Shown one piece after another: positions 1 through 12,400 of a stretch of 64,000 bases of DNA. Numbering within the stretch: position 1 is the stretch's first letter; every line of letters starts with the position of its first letter. The position numbers and the translations under genes are program-made. Below the pieces are notes generated by a model. The model was given only the letters and a program-made list of their open reading frames with translations, did not search any database and had not been told where the DNA came from. Source of the DNA: Eledone cirrhosa (Eukaryota); contig OZ024749.1 of assembly GCA_964016885.1 (NCBI GenBank), forward strand, positions 10,664,001 through 10,728,000, in the 5' to 3' direction.

Positions 1-128
1 TCAAGTCGCTGGCTGGACTAAAAAGTCACACTCGTTCAGCGCATCGGTAGGGGTTCTCCTACATGGATATAAAGTAGTGGCCGTACTCGAAAACGAGTTG
101 GCAGCCACCATGTATGTATGTATGTATG
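1..128 (+). mobile_element. 3' end of an RTE-type LINE (C-terminal C2H2 zinc-finger half, short 3' UTR, (TATG)n tail), truncated by the window start
   Basis: Frame from nt 3 reads KSLAGLKSHTRSAHR* (TAG 48-50), like the 'GLxSHxRxH' ending of RTE/BovB-type ORFs. A ~60-nt UTR with a small hairpin (ctcg-aaaa-cgag) and a TATG repeat follow. Confidence 0.55.
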
Positions 129-415
129 TTGTGTTTCTTTTTTCCCGTTAATAAATTGAATAATAATTGAATAATTCTAAAGCACCGGACTAATGTTAGG
201 AACTTTCCCTTTATTTCAATAAAAATAAATGAACAGGTTGTGGTCTGGAATATAAACACATCAATACAAGCCACCAAAATGAGAGAACTAACAAGAAATC
301 CGACCAGTGTGACAACCGATATATTTTAGAAAGTGTTTTCTAGTAATTTAAATGTAATTATAGGTATGTTTAGTAAGGTGTAATGAACAATAGGTATGTT
401 TAGTAAGGTGTAATT

Positions 416-609
416 GATAATTGTTTCTACTTTAGGCACAAGGCCAGCAATTATACCAGTGTATTACTGGTACTTTATTTTATCGACCCCGTAAGGATGA
501 AAAGCAAAGTTAACCTCGGCGGGATTTGAACTCAGACCATAAAGGGCCGTAACTCTATGCTGCAAAGCATGGCGTCCGACCCTCTACCGATACTGCCAAT
601 CCACCGCCC
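416..609 (-). mobile_element. Full-length tRNA-derived SINE, family A (Meta-domain-like centre), with target-site duplication
   Basis: Reverse complement: GGGCGGTGGATTGGCAGTATCGGTAGAG (A-box-like), GAGTTCAAATCCC (B-box-like), CTTTTCATCCTTACGGGGTCGATAAAATAAAGTACCAG, tail GCTGGCCTTGTGCCTAAAGTAGAAAC. Direct repeat TAAGGTGTAATT at 404-415 and 610-621. Close copy at 36281-36470. Confidence 0.85.
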
Positions 610-768
610 TAAGGTGTAATTAATAATAAACTCTATTCCATCTCTAAAACAACGATGTGACACTCTTACTAAAGTTATTCTGTAAACTGTTTACACATGA
701 CAAACATTTGTAGCGATGTTATAGACTTCGACTAGCTTCGTAAACCTATATATATACACACACGTTCA

Positions 769-800
<32 letters not shown>

Positions 801-891
801 CCAAAGATTAATATGGTTCATTGATTACTCAATGAATATAGTTTTACAATAGATTAAAAGCACTCTACAAGATAGTTTTCTGGAGTTATTA

Positions 892-1146
892 ATATTATTC
901 AAAATATTAATAAATGAAGACATTCACGTAATCAAAATATATGTTTTATTATATATATTTCGAAGGTAATACTGCCAATACTGGAATTGAACCATCAAGA
1001 CAGTTGAGGTATGTCATACATCAATTCATATATTTTATCTGACGAGGACGTACTGGAAAAACAGCACAGTACCTTCGAAATATATATCATAAAACATATA
1101 TTTTGATTATGTGAATGTCTTCATTTATTAATATTTTGAATAATAT
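892..1146. mobile_element. Inverted-repeat element (77-bp arms), probably a Penelope-like terminal remnant
   Basis: 892-968 is the reverse complement of 1070-1146 with 2 mismatches. Set in (TA)n-rich sequence and overlaps a hammerhead motif. Confidence 0.65.
1031..1097 (+). ncRNA. Putative type I hammerhead ribozyme
   Basis: TTTTAT-CTGACGA(1039-1045)-GGACGTACTG-loop-CAGTACCTTC-GAAA(1077-1080)-TATATA-TC-ATAAAA. All core nucleotides are present. Stem II is 10 bp (1 mismatch, 1 G-U), stem I is TTTTAT/ATAAAA, and stem III is the palindrome TATATA. Confidence 0.7.
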
Positions 1147-1945
1147 ATATATATATATATATTTATGTATATATATATGTAAATAAATACTTGGGGGGAG
1201 GGGGCATGCTGCCATTAAAAACACATAACGTGTGTATATATATATATAATATATAATATATATATAATATATATATATATATAATATATATATAATATAT
1301 ATATATACTCACTTTGTGTGTGTATCTTAATTTTGTAATTAATGTCCCAAGCTAGTTAGAGCAGTCAATTGGAGGGGCAAGATGTGTTATACAGTGATTT
1401 ATTACACTAATAGATACGTCTTGTATCTGTTAGTAATAATATATATGTATATACGTGTGTGTGTAATAACTATATGTAGATAGGAGGAAGATGTCTTCTA
1501 AAACTAAACAAATTATCAATAATAATGTCAGTAACTAATATAGGGTCTTACTTGGTATTTTTTGTTAGGAAATACTTACTTAAATCGTCTTCGCCTGACA
1601 TTCTAGCTTCGCTTTAATTAATTGGTAAAGTGATAATTAACTTCTGCTAAGAGATACAAACCAAAAACAGATTCCTACAAACACACGGCTGTTGCAAAAC
1701 TAACGAAAATGAGTTTGACTGTTGTAAATCAATCCTAAGCATGAAAACCTTAGTAAGTTTAGTCTGATTTCTGGTATTTCCATTTTCCAAATAAAAGAAA
1801 TAAATGCTATTTTTTTAATTGTAAGGTTAATAAAAATGAAAATATAATATATATGTAGCTATTAAAGATATTATTTAGTTTCCTTTTTTTTAAATATTCA
1901 TTTATGTGTATGAATATAAAGACACAGTTAAAAGCATAATGAACA

Positions 1946-2280
1946 TGTTAGGCCCACCTCGAGGTGAGCGGTTCAGCTTGAGTACTGACCGGTCTGTGGA
2001 TATGTCCAGCCCTTATTACCAGAGCAAATGGACGTTCAATGGTTATGTGTATGAGTGAGTGTGTAGTGAAAAGAGTAATAAGTTGATGGTAGCACAGTTG
2101 GGTGTAGCGATGGAAGGATTTGGTTTGTTCATTTGAGCGTAACAGAAGTTGTAGTAGTTTGTGTTGTTGTTCATTTGAGCGTGGCAGAAGTTGTAGTAGT
2201 TTGTGTTGTTGTATCAAGAAGGTAAAAATTGTCTCAAATAAGCACTGTGGGGGAAAATACTGAGGAATGAACAAATAACA
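1946..2280. mobile_element. Candidate solo LTR-like segment
   Basis: Starts TGTTA, ends TAACA (5-bp inverted termini). GC-richer than its flanks, with an internal 42-bp tandem duplication (~2127-2211). No TSD found. Confidence 0.3.
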
Positions 2281-2364
2281 CATGGTCGCTACAAATAATA
2301 TATCTATTTAGTCAATATACGAAGCTATCATAGACAATTTAATGAAAACAAGGCTTAAGTTCAG

Positions 2365-3069
2365 CCTGGATTAACTTCGTGTCTCCATTGCCCTCAGAGT
2401 GAGAGCTGACATTCTGCATGGGTTTGAGGTGACGATGCGGCAAACTCCTCGACTCCACAGACCTCCACGGTCTTTCTTGCCTCCTGAATGGCGGCCGCTT
2501 CGCACGTCACACGGAGCTAAACTTCATCCTCAAGAGAGCTTTGGCCCGGGCGAACATCCCTTCAGTCTTGGGACCATCTGGGTTTTCCAGAAGTGACGGC
2601 AAAAGACCTGACGGTCTTACCCTGTGCCCCTGGTCGAGAGGCAGGTGCCTTGTCTGGAACGTCACTGTTAGTGACTCTTTTGCTCTCTCCCACATCCTGG
2701 ATGCTGTGGTTAGGACGAAAGCCACAGCTCAAATACTCTGATCTGTCGGCCAGCTACCTTTTTCAGCCTGTGGCTTTCGAGACGTTTGGGGGAGTCGGGC
2801 CGCTGATTGCGAGGTTCCTCTCCTCACTGGCGGCTCGCCTAATAGAGGTAGCTGGCGAATCTCGCGAGGGCGTTTGGCTGTTCCAGCGCATTAACCTTGC
2901 CATCACCCAAGGCAACGCTGCGAGTGTGCTGGCTTGTCTCAAAAGTCATTAGAGAGGTCGCCCAGTACTCCTCGCTGCTGTCTTTTGCTCTGGTGTTGGC
3001 TCGGTTGTTTACCCCTTCCTTTATAGATGAAATTTGATTTTGTGATATGCTGCTGGCAGGAAAAAAAAC
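2365..3069 (+). mobile_element. 5'-truncated, frameshifted CRE-like non-LTR retrotransposon (restriction-like endonuclease C-terminus)
   Basis: Across frames: LRVSIALR..., RH, 'SRSDGKRPDGLTLCPWSRGRCLVWNVTVSD', 'KYSDLSASYLFQPVAFETFGGVGP', 'LFQRINLAITQGNAASVL' (ORFs 2541-2741 and 2593-2952). This is the PD..D REL signature of CRE-clade elements. An A-run at 3061-3068 is a possible tail. Confidence 0.8.
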
Positions 3070-3452
3070 ACGTCCTTCTGCTTGTGGTCCAGCAGACATA
3101 TGAGTTCTGAAAGGGTCTCCTAGCCGGTGTGTTTACTGGAGTAAAGTCCTATCCATGTGTCAATTAGCGAAATTAAGATCCCCAACGGAAATGAGGTCAT
3201 AAATCAGCAGAAAGGTAACCCCTCAAGTATGTTGTGTTGATCTGTATCAAACGATAGTCTGAGTAGCCAGATTCCAGTAGATAGGGGAAGCAATAAACGG
3301 AACTCCTAGGGAGAGTGAGGTATATATTTTGTTGAGAGTCACATTCAAGACAACAGCTACAACAAAAACAGCAAACACAATAATAAACGGAACTCTGAGG
3401 TAAGACGATATACACACTTGATGGCATCCATCCTCGAGAATACAGCAACAAA

Positions 3453-6400
3453 AACAACAGCAACACTGCCCATTGCCCACACTGGTCGTCACAGTAGTAG
3501 TGATATAGTACCAAGCTAGTGGCAGCAGTACACTAACAACAGCAACACTACCCATTGCCCACACTGGTCGTCACAGTAGTAGTGATATAGTACCAAGCTA
3601 GTGGCAGCAGTACACTAACAACAGCAACATTGCCCATTGCCCACACTGGTCGTCACAGTAGTAGTGATATAGTACCAAGCTAGTGGCAGCAGTACACTAA
3701 CAACAGCAACACTACCCACACTGGTCGTCACAGTAGTAGTGATATAGTACCAAGCTAGTGGCAGCAGTACACTAACAACAGCAACACTGCCCACACTGGT
3801 CGTCACAGTAGTAGTGATATAGTACCAAGCTAGTGGCAGCAGTACACTAACAACAGCAACACTGCCCACACTGGTCATCACAGTAGTAGTGATATAGTAC
3901 CAAGTTAGTGGCAGCAGTACACTAACAACAGCAACACCGCCCACACTGGTCGTCACAGTAGTAGTGATATAGTACCAAGCTAGTGGCAGCAGTACACTAA
4001 CAACAGCAACACCACCCACACTGGTCGTCACAGTAGTAGTGATATAGTACCAAGTTAGTGGCAGCAGTACACTAACAACAGCAACACTGCCCACCGCCCA
4101 CACTGGTCGTCACAGTAGTAGTGATATAGTACCAAGCTAGTGGCAGCAGTACACTAACAACAGCAACACCACCCACACTGGTCGTCACAGTAGTAGTGAT
4201 ATAGTACCAAGCTAGTGGCAGCAGTACACTAACAACAGCAACACTGCCCACACTGGTCGTCACAGTAGTAGAGATATAGTACCAAGCTAGTGGCAGCAGT
4301 ACACTAACAACAGCAACACTGCCCATTGCCCACACTGGTCGTCACAGTAGTAGTGATATAGTACCAAGCTAATGGCAGCAGTACACTAACAACAGCAACA
4401 CTGCCCACACTGGTCGTCACAGTAGTAGAGATATAGTACCAAGCTAGTGGCAGCAGTACACTAACAACAGCAACACTGCCCATTGCCCACACTGGTCGTC
4501 ACAGTAGTAGTGATATAGTACCAAGCTAGTGGCAGCAGTACACTAACAACAGCAACACCGCCCACACTGGTCGTCACAGTAGTAGTGATATAGTACCAAG
4601 CTAGTGGCAGCAGTACACTAACAACAGCAACACTGCCCATTGCCCACACTGGTCGTCACAGTAGTAGTGATATAGTACCAAGCTAGTGGCAGCAGTACAC
4701 TAACAACAGCAACACTGCCCATTGCCCACACTGGTCGTCACAGTAGTAGTGATATAGTACCAAGCTAGTGGCAGCAGTACACTAACAACAGCAACACTGC
4801 CCATTGCCCACACTGGTCGTCACAGTAGTAGTGATATAGTACCAAGCTAGTGGCAGCAGTACACTAACAACAGCAACACTGCCCACCGCCCACACTGGTC
4901 GTCACAGTAGTAGTGATATAGTACCAAGCTAGTGGCAGCAGTACACTAACAACAGCAACACCACCCACACTGGTCGTCACAGTAGTATTGATATAGTACC
5001 AAGCTAGTGGCAGCAGTACACTAACAACAGCAACACTGCCCATTGCCCACACTGGTCGTCACAGTAGTAGTGATATAGTACCAAGCTAGTGGCAGCAGTA
5101 CACTAACAACAGCAACACTGCCCATTGCCCACACTGGTCGTCACAGTAGTAGTGATATAGTACCAAGCTAGTGGCAGCAGTACACTAACAACAGCAACAC
5201 TGCCCATTGCCCACACTGGTCGTCACAGTAGTAGTGATATAGTACCAAGCTAGTGGCAGCAGTACACTAACAACAGCAACACTGCCCATTGCCCACACTG
5301 GTCGTCACAGTAGTAGTGATATAGTACCAAGCTAGTGGCAGCAGTACACTAACAACAGCAACACCACCCACACTGGTCGTCACAGTAGTAGTGATATAGT
5401 ACCAAGCTAGTGGCAGCAGTACACTAACAACAGCAACACTGCCCACCGCCCACACTGGTCGTCACAGTAGTAGTGATATAGTACCAAGCTAGTGGCAGCA
5501 GTACACTAACAACAGCAACACTGCCCATTGCCCACACTGGTCGTCACAGTAGTAGTGATATAGTACCAAGCTAGTGGCAGCAGTACACTAACAACAGCAA
5601 CACCACCCACACTGGTCGTCACAGTAGTAGTGATATAGTACCAAGCTAGTGGCAGCAGTACACTAACAACAGCAACACTGCCCACCGCCCACACTGGTCG
5701 TCACAGTAGTAGTGATATAGTACCAAGCTAGTGGCAGCAGTACACTAACAACAGCAACACTGCCCATTGCCCACACTGGTCGTCACAGTAGTAGTGATAT
5801 AGTACCAAGCTAGTGGCAGCAGTACACTAACAACAGCAACACTGCCCATTGCCCACACTGGTCGTCACAGTAGTAGTGATATAGTACCAAGCTAGTGGCA
5901 GCAGTACACTAACAACAGCAACACTGCCCATTGCCCACACTGGTCGTCACAGTAGTAGTGATATAGTACCAAGCTAGTGGCAGCAGTACACTAACAACAG
6001 CAACACTGCCCATTGCCCACACTGGTCGTCACAGTAGTAGTGATATAGTACCAAGCTAGTGGCAGCAGTACACTAACAACAGCAACACCACCCACACTGG
6101 TCGTCACAGTAGTAGTGATATAGTACCAAGCTAGTGGCAGCAGTACACTAACAACAGCAACACTGCCCACCGCCCACACTGGTCGTCACAGTAGTAGTGA
6201 TATAGTACCAAGCTAGTGGCAGCAGTACACTAACAACAGCAACACCACCCACACTGGTCGTCACAGTAGTATTGATATAGTACCAAGCTAGTGGCAGCAG
6301 TACACTAACAACAGCAACACTGCCCATTGCCCACACTGGTCGTCACAGTAGTAGTGATATAGTACCAAGTTAGTGGCAGCAGTACACTAACAACAGCAAC

Positions 6401-9400
6401 ACCACCCACACTGGTCGTCACAGTAGTAGTGATACAGTACCAAGCTAGTGGCAGCAGTACACTAACAACAGCAACACCGCCCACACTGGTCGTCACAGTA
6501 GTAGTGATATAGTACCAAGCTAGTGGCAGCAGTACACTAACAACAGCAACACTGCCCATTGCCCACACTGGTCGTCACAGTAGTAGTGATATAGTACCAA
6601 GCTAGTGGCAGCAGTACACTAACAACAGCAACACTGCCCACCGCCCACACTGGTCGTCACAGTAGTAGTGATATAGTACCAAGCTAGTGGCAGCAGTACA
6701 CTAACAACAGCAACACTGCCCATTGCCCACACTGGTCGTCACAGTAGTAGTGATATAGTACCAAGCTAGTGGCAGCAGTACACTAACAACAGCAACACTG
6801 CCCATTGCCCACACTGGTCGTCACAGTAGTAGTGATATAGTACCAAGCTAGTGGCAGCAGTACACTAACAACAGCAACACTGCCCATTGCCCACACTGGT
6901 CGTCACAGTAGTAGTGATATAGTACCAAGCTAGTGGCAGCAGTACACTAACAACAGCAACACTGCCCATTACCCACACTGGTCGTCACAGTAGTAGTGAT
7001 ATAGTACCAAGCTAGTGGCAGCAGTACACTAACAACAGCAACACTGCCCATTACCCACACTGGTCGTCACAGTAGTAGTGATATAGTACCAAGCTAGTGG
7101 CAGCAGTACACTAACAACAGCAACACTGCCCATTGCCCACACTGGTCGTCACAGTAGTAGTGATATAGTACCAAGCTAGTGGCAGCAGTACACTAACAAC
7201 AGCAACACTGCCCATTACCCACACTGGTCGTCACAGTAGTAGTGATATAGTACCAAGCTAGTGGCAGCAGTACACTAACAACAGCAACACTGCCCACCGC
7301 CCACACTGGTCGTCACAGTAGTAGTGATATAGTACCAAGCTAGTGGCAGCAGTACACTAACAACAGCAACACTGCCCATTGCCCACACTGGTCGTCACAG
7401 TAGTAGTGATATAGTACCAAGCTAGTGGCAGCAGTACACTAACAACAGCAACACTGCCCATTGCCCACACTGGTCGTCACAGTAGTAGTGATATAGTACC
7501 AAGCTAGTGGCAGCAGTACACTAACAACAGCAACACTGCCCACCACCCACACTGGTCGTCACAGTAGTAGTGATATAGTACCAAGTTAGTGGCAGCAGTA
7601 CACTAACAACAGCAACACTGCCCATTGCCCACACTGGTCGTCACAGTAGTAGTGATATAGTACCAAGTTAGTGGCAGCAGTACACTAACAACAGCAACAT
7701 TGCCCACACTGGTCGTCACAGTAGTAGTGATATAGTACCAAGCTAGTAGCAGCAGTACACTAACAACAGCAACACTGCCCATTGCCCACACTGGTCGTCA
7801 CAGTAGTAGTGATATAGTACCAAGCTAGTGGCAGCAGTACACTAACAACAGCAACACTGCCCATTGCCCACACTGGTCGTCACAGTAGTAGTGATATAGT
7901 ACCAAGCTAGTGGCAGCAGTACACTAACAACAGCAACACTGCCCATTACCCACACTGGTCGTCACAGTAGTAGTGATATAGTACCAAGCTAGTGGCAGCA
8001 GTACACTAACAACAGCAACACTGCCCACCGCCCACACTGGTCGTCACAGTAGTAGTGATATAGTACCAAGCTAGTGGCAGCAGTACACTAACAACAGCAA
8101 CACCACCCACACTGGTCGTCACAGTAGTAGTGATATAGTACCAAGCTAGTGGCAGCAGTACACTAACAACAGCAACACCACCCACACTGGTCGTCACAGT
8201 AGTAGTGATATAGTACCAAGCTAGTGGCAGCAGTACACTAACAACAGCAACACTGCCCATTGCCCACACTGGTCGTCACAGTAGTAGTGATATAGTACCA
8301 AGCTAGTGGCAGCAGTACACTAACAACAGCAACACTGCCCATTGCCCACACTGGTCGTCACAGTAGTAGTGATATAGTACCAAGTTAGTGGCAGCAGTAC
8401 ACTAACAACAGCAACACTGTCCACACTGGTCGTCACAGTAGTAGTGATATAGTACCAAGTTAGTGGCAGCAGTACACTAACAACAGCAACACTGCCCATT
8501 GCCCACACTGGTCGTCACAGTAGTAGTGATATAGTACCAAGTTAGTGGCAGCAGTACACTAACAACAGCAACATTGCCCACACTGGTCGTCACAGTAGTA
8601 GTGATATAGTACCAAGCTAGTAGCAGCAGTACACTAACAACAGCAACACTGCCCATTGCCCACACTGGTCGTCACAGTAGTAGTGATATAGTACCAAGCT
8701 AGTGGCAGCAGTACACTAACAACAGCAACACTGCCCATTGCCCACACTGGTCGTCACAGTAGTAGTGATATAGTACCAAGTTAGTGGCAGCAGTACACTA
8801 ACAACAGCAACACTGCCCATTGCCCACACTGGTCGTCACAGTAGTAGTGATATAGTACCAAGCTAGTGGCAGCAGTACACTAACAACAGCTACACTGCCC
8901 ACACTGGTCGTCACAGTAGTAGTGATATAGTACCAAGCTAGTGGCAGCAGTACACTAACAACAGCAACACTGCCCATTGCCCACACTGGTCGTCACAGTA
9001 GTAGTGATATAGTACCAAGCTAGTGGCAGCAGTACACTAACAACAGCTACACTGCCCACACTGGTCGTCACAGTAGTAGTGATATAGTACCAAGCTAGTG
9101 GCAGCAGTACACTAACAACAGCAACACTGCCCATTGCCCACACTGGTCGTCACAGTAGTAGTGATATAGTACCAAGTTAGTGGCAGCAGTACACTAACAA
9201 CAGCAACACTGCCCATTGCCCACACTGGTCGTCACAGTAGTAGTGATATAGTACCAAGCTAGTAGCAGCAGTACACTAACAACAGCAACACTGCCCATTG
9301 CCCACACTGGTCGTCACAGTAGTAGTGATATAGTACCAAGTTAGTGGCAGCAGTACACTAACAACAGCAACACTGCCCATTGCCCACACTGGTCGTCACA

Positions 9401-12400
9401 GTAGTAGTGATATAGTACCAAGTTAGTGGCAGCAGTACACTAACAACAGCAACACTGCCCATTGCCTACACTGGTCGTCACAGTAGTAGTGATATAGTAC
9501 CAAGCTAGTGGCAGCAGTACACTAACAACAGCAACACTGCCCATTACCCACACTGGTCGTCACAGTAGTAGTGATATAGTACCAAGCTAGTGGCAGCAGT
9601 ACACTAACAACAGCAACATTGCCCACACTGGTCGTCACAGTAGTAGTGATATAGTACCAAGTTAGTGGCAGCAGTACACTAACAACAGCAACACTGCCCA
9701 CACTGGTCGTCACAGTAGTAGTGATATAGTACCAAGCTAGTGGCAGCAGTACACTAACAACAGCAACACCACCCACACTGGTCGTCACAGTAGTAGTGAT
9801 ATAGTACCAAGCTAGTGGCAGCAGTACACTAACAACAGCAACACTGCCCATTGCCCATACTGGTCGTCACAGTAGTAGTGATATAGTACCAAGCTAGTGG
9901 CAGCAGTACACTAACAACAGCAACATTGCCCACACTGGTCGTCACAGTAGTAGTGATATAGTACCAAGTTAGTGGCAGCAGTACACTAACAACAGCAACA
10001 CTGCCCACACTGGTCGTCACAGTAGTAGTGATATAGTACCAAGCTAGTGGCAGCAGTACACTAACAACAGCAACACCACCCACACTGGTCGTCACAGTAG
10101 TAGTGATATAGTACCAAGCTAGTGGCAGCAGTACACTAACAACAGCAACACTGCCCATTGCCCACACTGGTCGTCACAGTAGTAGTGATATAGTACCAAG
10201 CTAGTGGCAGCAGTACACTAACAACAGCAACATTGCCCACACTGGTCGTCACAGTAGTAGTGATATAGTACCAAGTTAGTGGCAGCAGTACACTAACAAC
10301 AGCAACACTGCCCACACTGGTCGTCACAGTAGTAGTGATATAGTACCAAGCTAGTGGCAGCAGTACACTAACAACAGCAACACCACCCACACTGGTCGTC
10401 ACAGTAGTAGTGATATAGTACCAAGCTAGTGGCAGCAGTACACTAACAACAGCAACACTGCCCATTGCCCACACTGGTCGTCACAGTAGTAGTGATATAG
10501 TACCAAGCTAGTGGCAGCAGTACACTAACAACAGCAACATTGCCCACACTGGTCGTCACAGTAGTAGTGATATAGTACCAAGTTAGTGGCAGCAGTACAC
10601 TAACAACAGCAACACTGCCCACAATGGTCGTCACAGTAGTAGTGATATAGTACCAAGCTAGTGGCAGCAGTACACTAACAACAGCAACATTGCCCACACT
10701 GGTCGTCACAGTAGTAGTGATATAGTACCAAGCTAGTGGCAGCAGTACACTAACAACAGCAACATTGCCCACACTGGTCGTCACAGTAGTAGTGATATAG
10801 TACCAAGCTAGTGGCAGCAGTACACTAACAACAGCAACACTGCCCATTGCCTACACTGGTCGTCACAGTAGTAGTGATATAGTACCAAGCTAGTGGCAGC
10901 AGTACACTAACAACAGCAACACTGCCCATTGCCCACACTGGTCGTCACAGTAGTAGTGATATAGTACCAAGCTAGTGGCAGCAGTACACTAACAACAGCA
11001 ACACCGCCCACACTGGTCGTCACAATAGTAGTGATATAGTACCAAGCTAGTGGCAGCAGTACACTAACAACAGCTACACTGCCCACACTGGTCGTCACAG
11101 TAGTAGTGATATAGTACCAAGTTAGTGGCAGCAGTACACTAACAACAGCAACACTGCCCATTGCCCACACTGGTCGTCACAGTAGTAGTGATATAGTACC
11201 AAGCTAGTGGCAGCAGTACACTAACAACAGCAACATTGCCCACACTGGTCGTCACAGTAGTAGTGATATAGTACCAAGCTAGTGGCAGCAGTACACTAAC
11301 AACAGCAACACTGCCCATTGCCCACACTGGTCGTCACAGTAGTAGTGATATAGTACCAAGCTAGTGGCAGCAGTACACTAACAACAGCAACACTGCCCAT
11401 TGCCCACACTGGTCGTCACAGTAGTAGTGATATAGTACCAAGTTAGTGGCAGCAGTACACTAACAACAGCAACACTGCCCATTGCCCACACTGGTCGTCA
11501 CAGTAGTAGTGATATAGTACCAAGTTAGTGGCAGCAGTACACTAACAACAGCAACACTGCCCATTGCCCACACTGGTCGTCACAGTAGTAGTGATATAGT
11601 ACCAAGCTAGTGGCAGCAGTACACTAACAACAGCAACACCACCCACACTGGTCGTCACAGTAGTAGTGATATAGTACCAAGCTAGTGGCAGCTAGTACAC
11701 TAACAACAGCAACACTGCCCACACTGGTCGTCACAGTAGTAGTGATATAGTACCAAGCTAGTGGCAGCAGTACACTAACAACAGCAACACCACCCACACT
11801 GGTCGTCACAGTAGTAGTTATATAGTACCAAGCTAGTGGCAGCTAGTACACTAACAACAGCAACACTGCCCACACTGGTCGTCACAGTAGTAGTGATATA
11901 GTACCAAGCTAGTGGCAGCAGTACACTAACAACAGCAACACTGCCCATTGCCCACACTGGTCGTCACAGTAGTAGTGATATAGTACCAAGTTAGTGGCAG
12001 CAGTACACTAACAACAGCAACATTGCCCACACTGGTCGTCACAGTAGTAGTGATATAGTACCAAGTTAGTGGCAGCAGTACACTAACAACAGCAACATTG
12101 CCCACACTGGTCGTCACAGTAGTAGTGATATAGTACCAAGCTAGTGGCAGCAGTACACTAACAACAGCAACACTGCCCATTGCCCACACTGGTCGTCACA
12201 GTAGTAGTGATATAGTACCAAGCTAGTGGCAGCAGTACACTAACAACAGCAACACTGCCCATTGCCCACACTGGTCGTCACAGTAGTAGTGATATAGTAC
12301 CAAGCTAGTGGCAGCAGTACACTAACAACAGCTACACTGCCCACACTGGTCGTCACAGTAGTAGTGATATAGTACCAAGTTAGTGGCAGCAGTACACTAA

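Noticed and set aside
3100-3215. Exon ending at AAAG|GTAACC
   Set aside because: Stops in all three frames within a short distance and no convincing acceptor.
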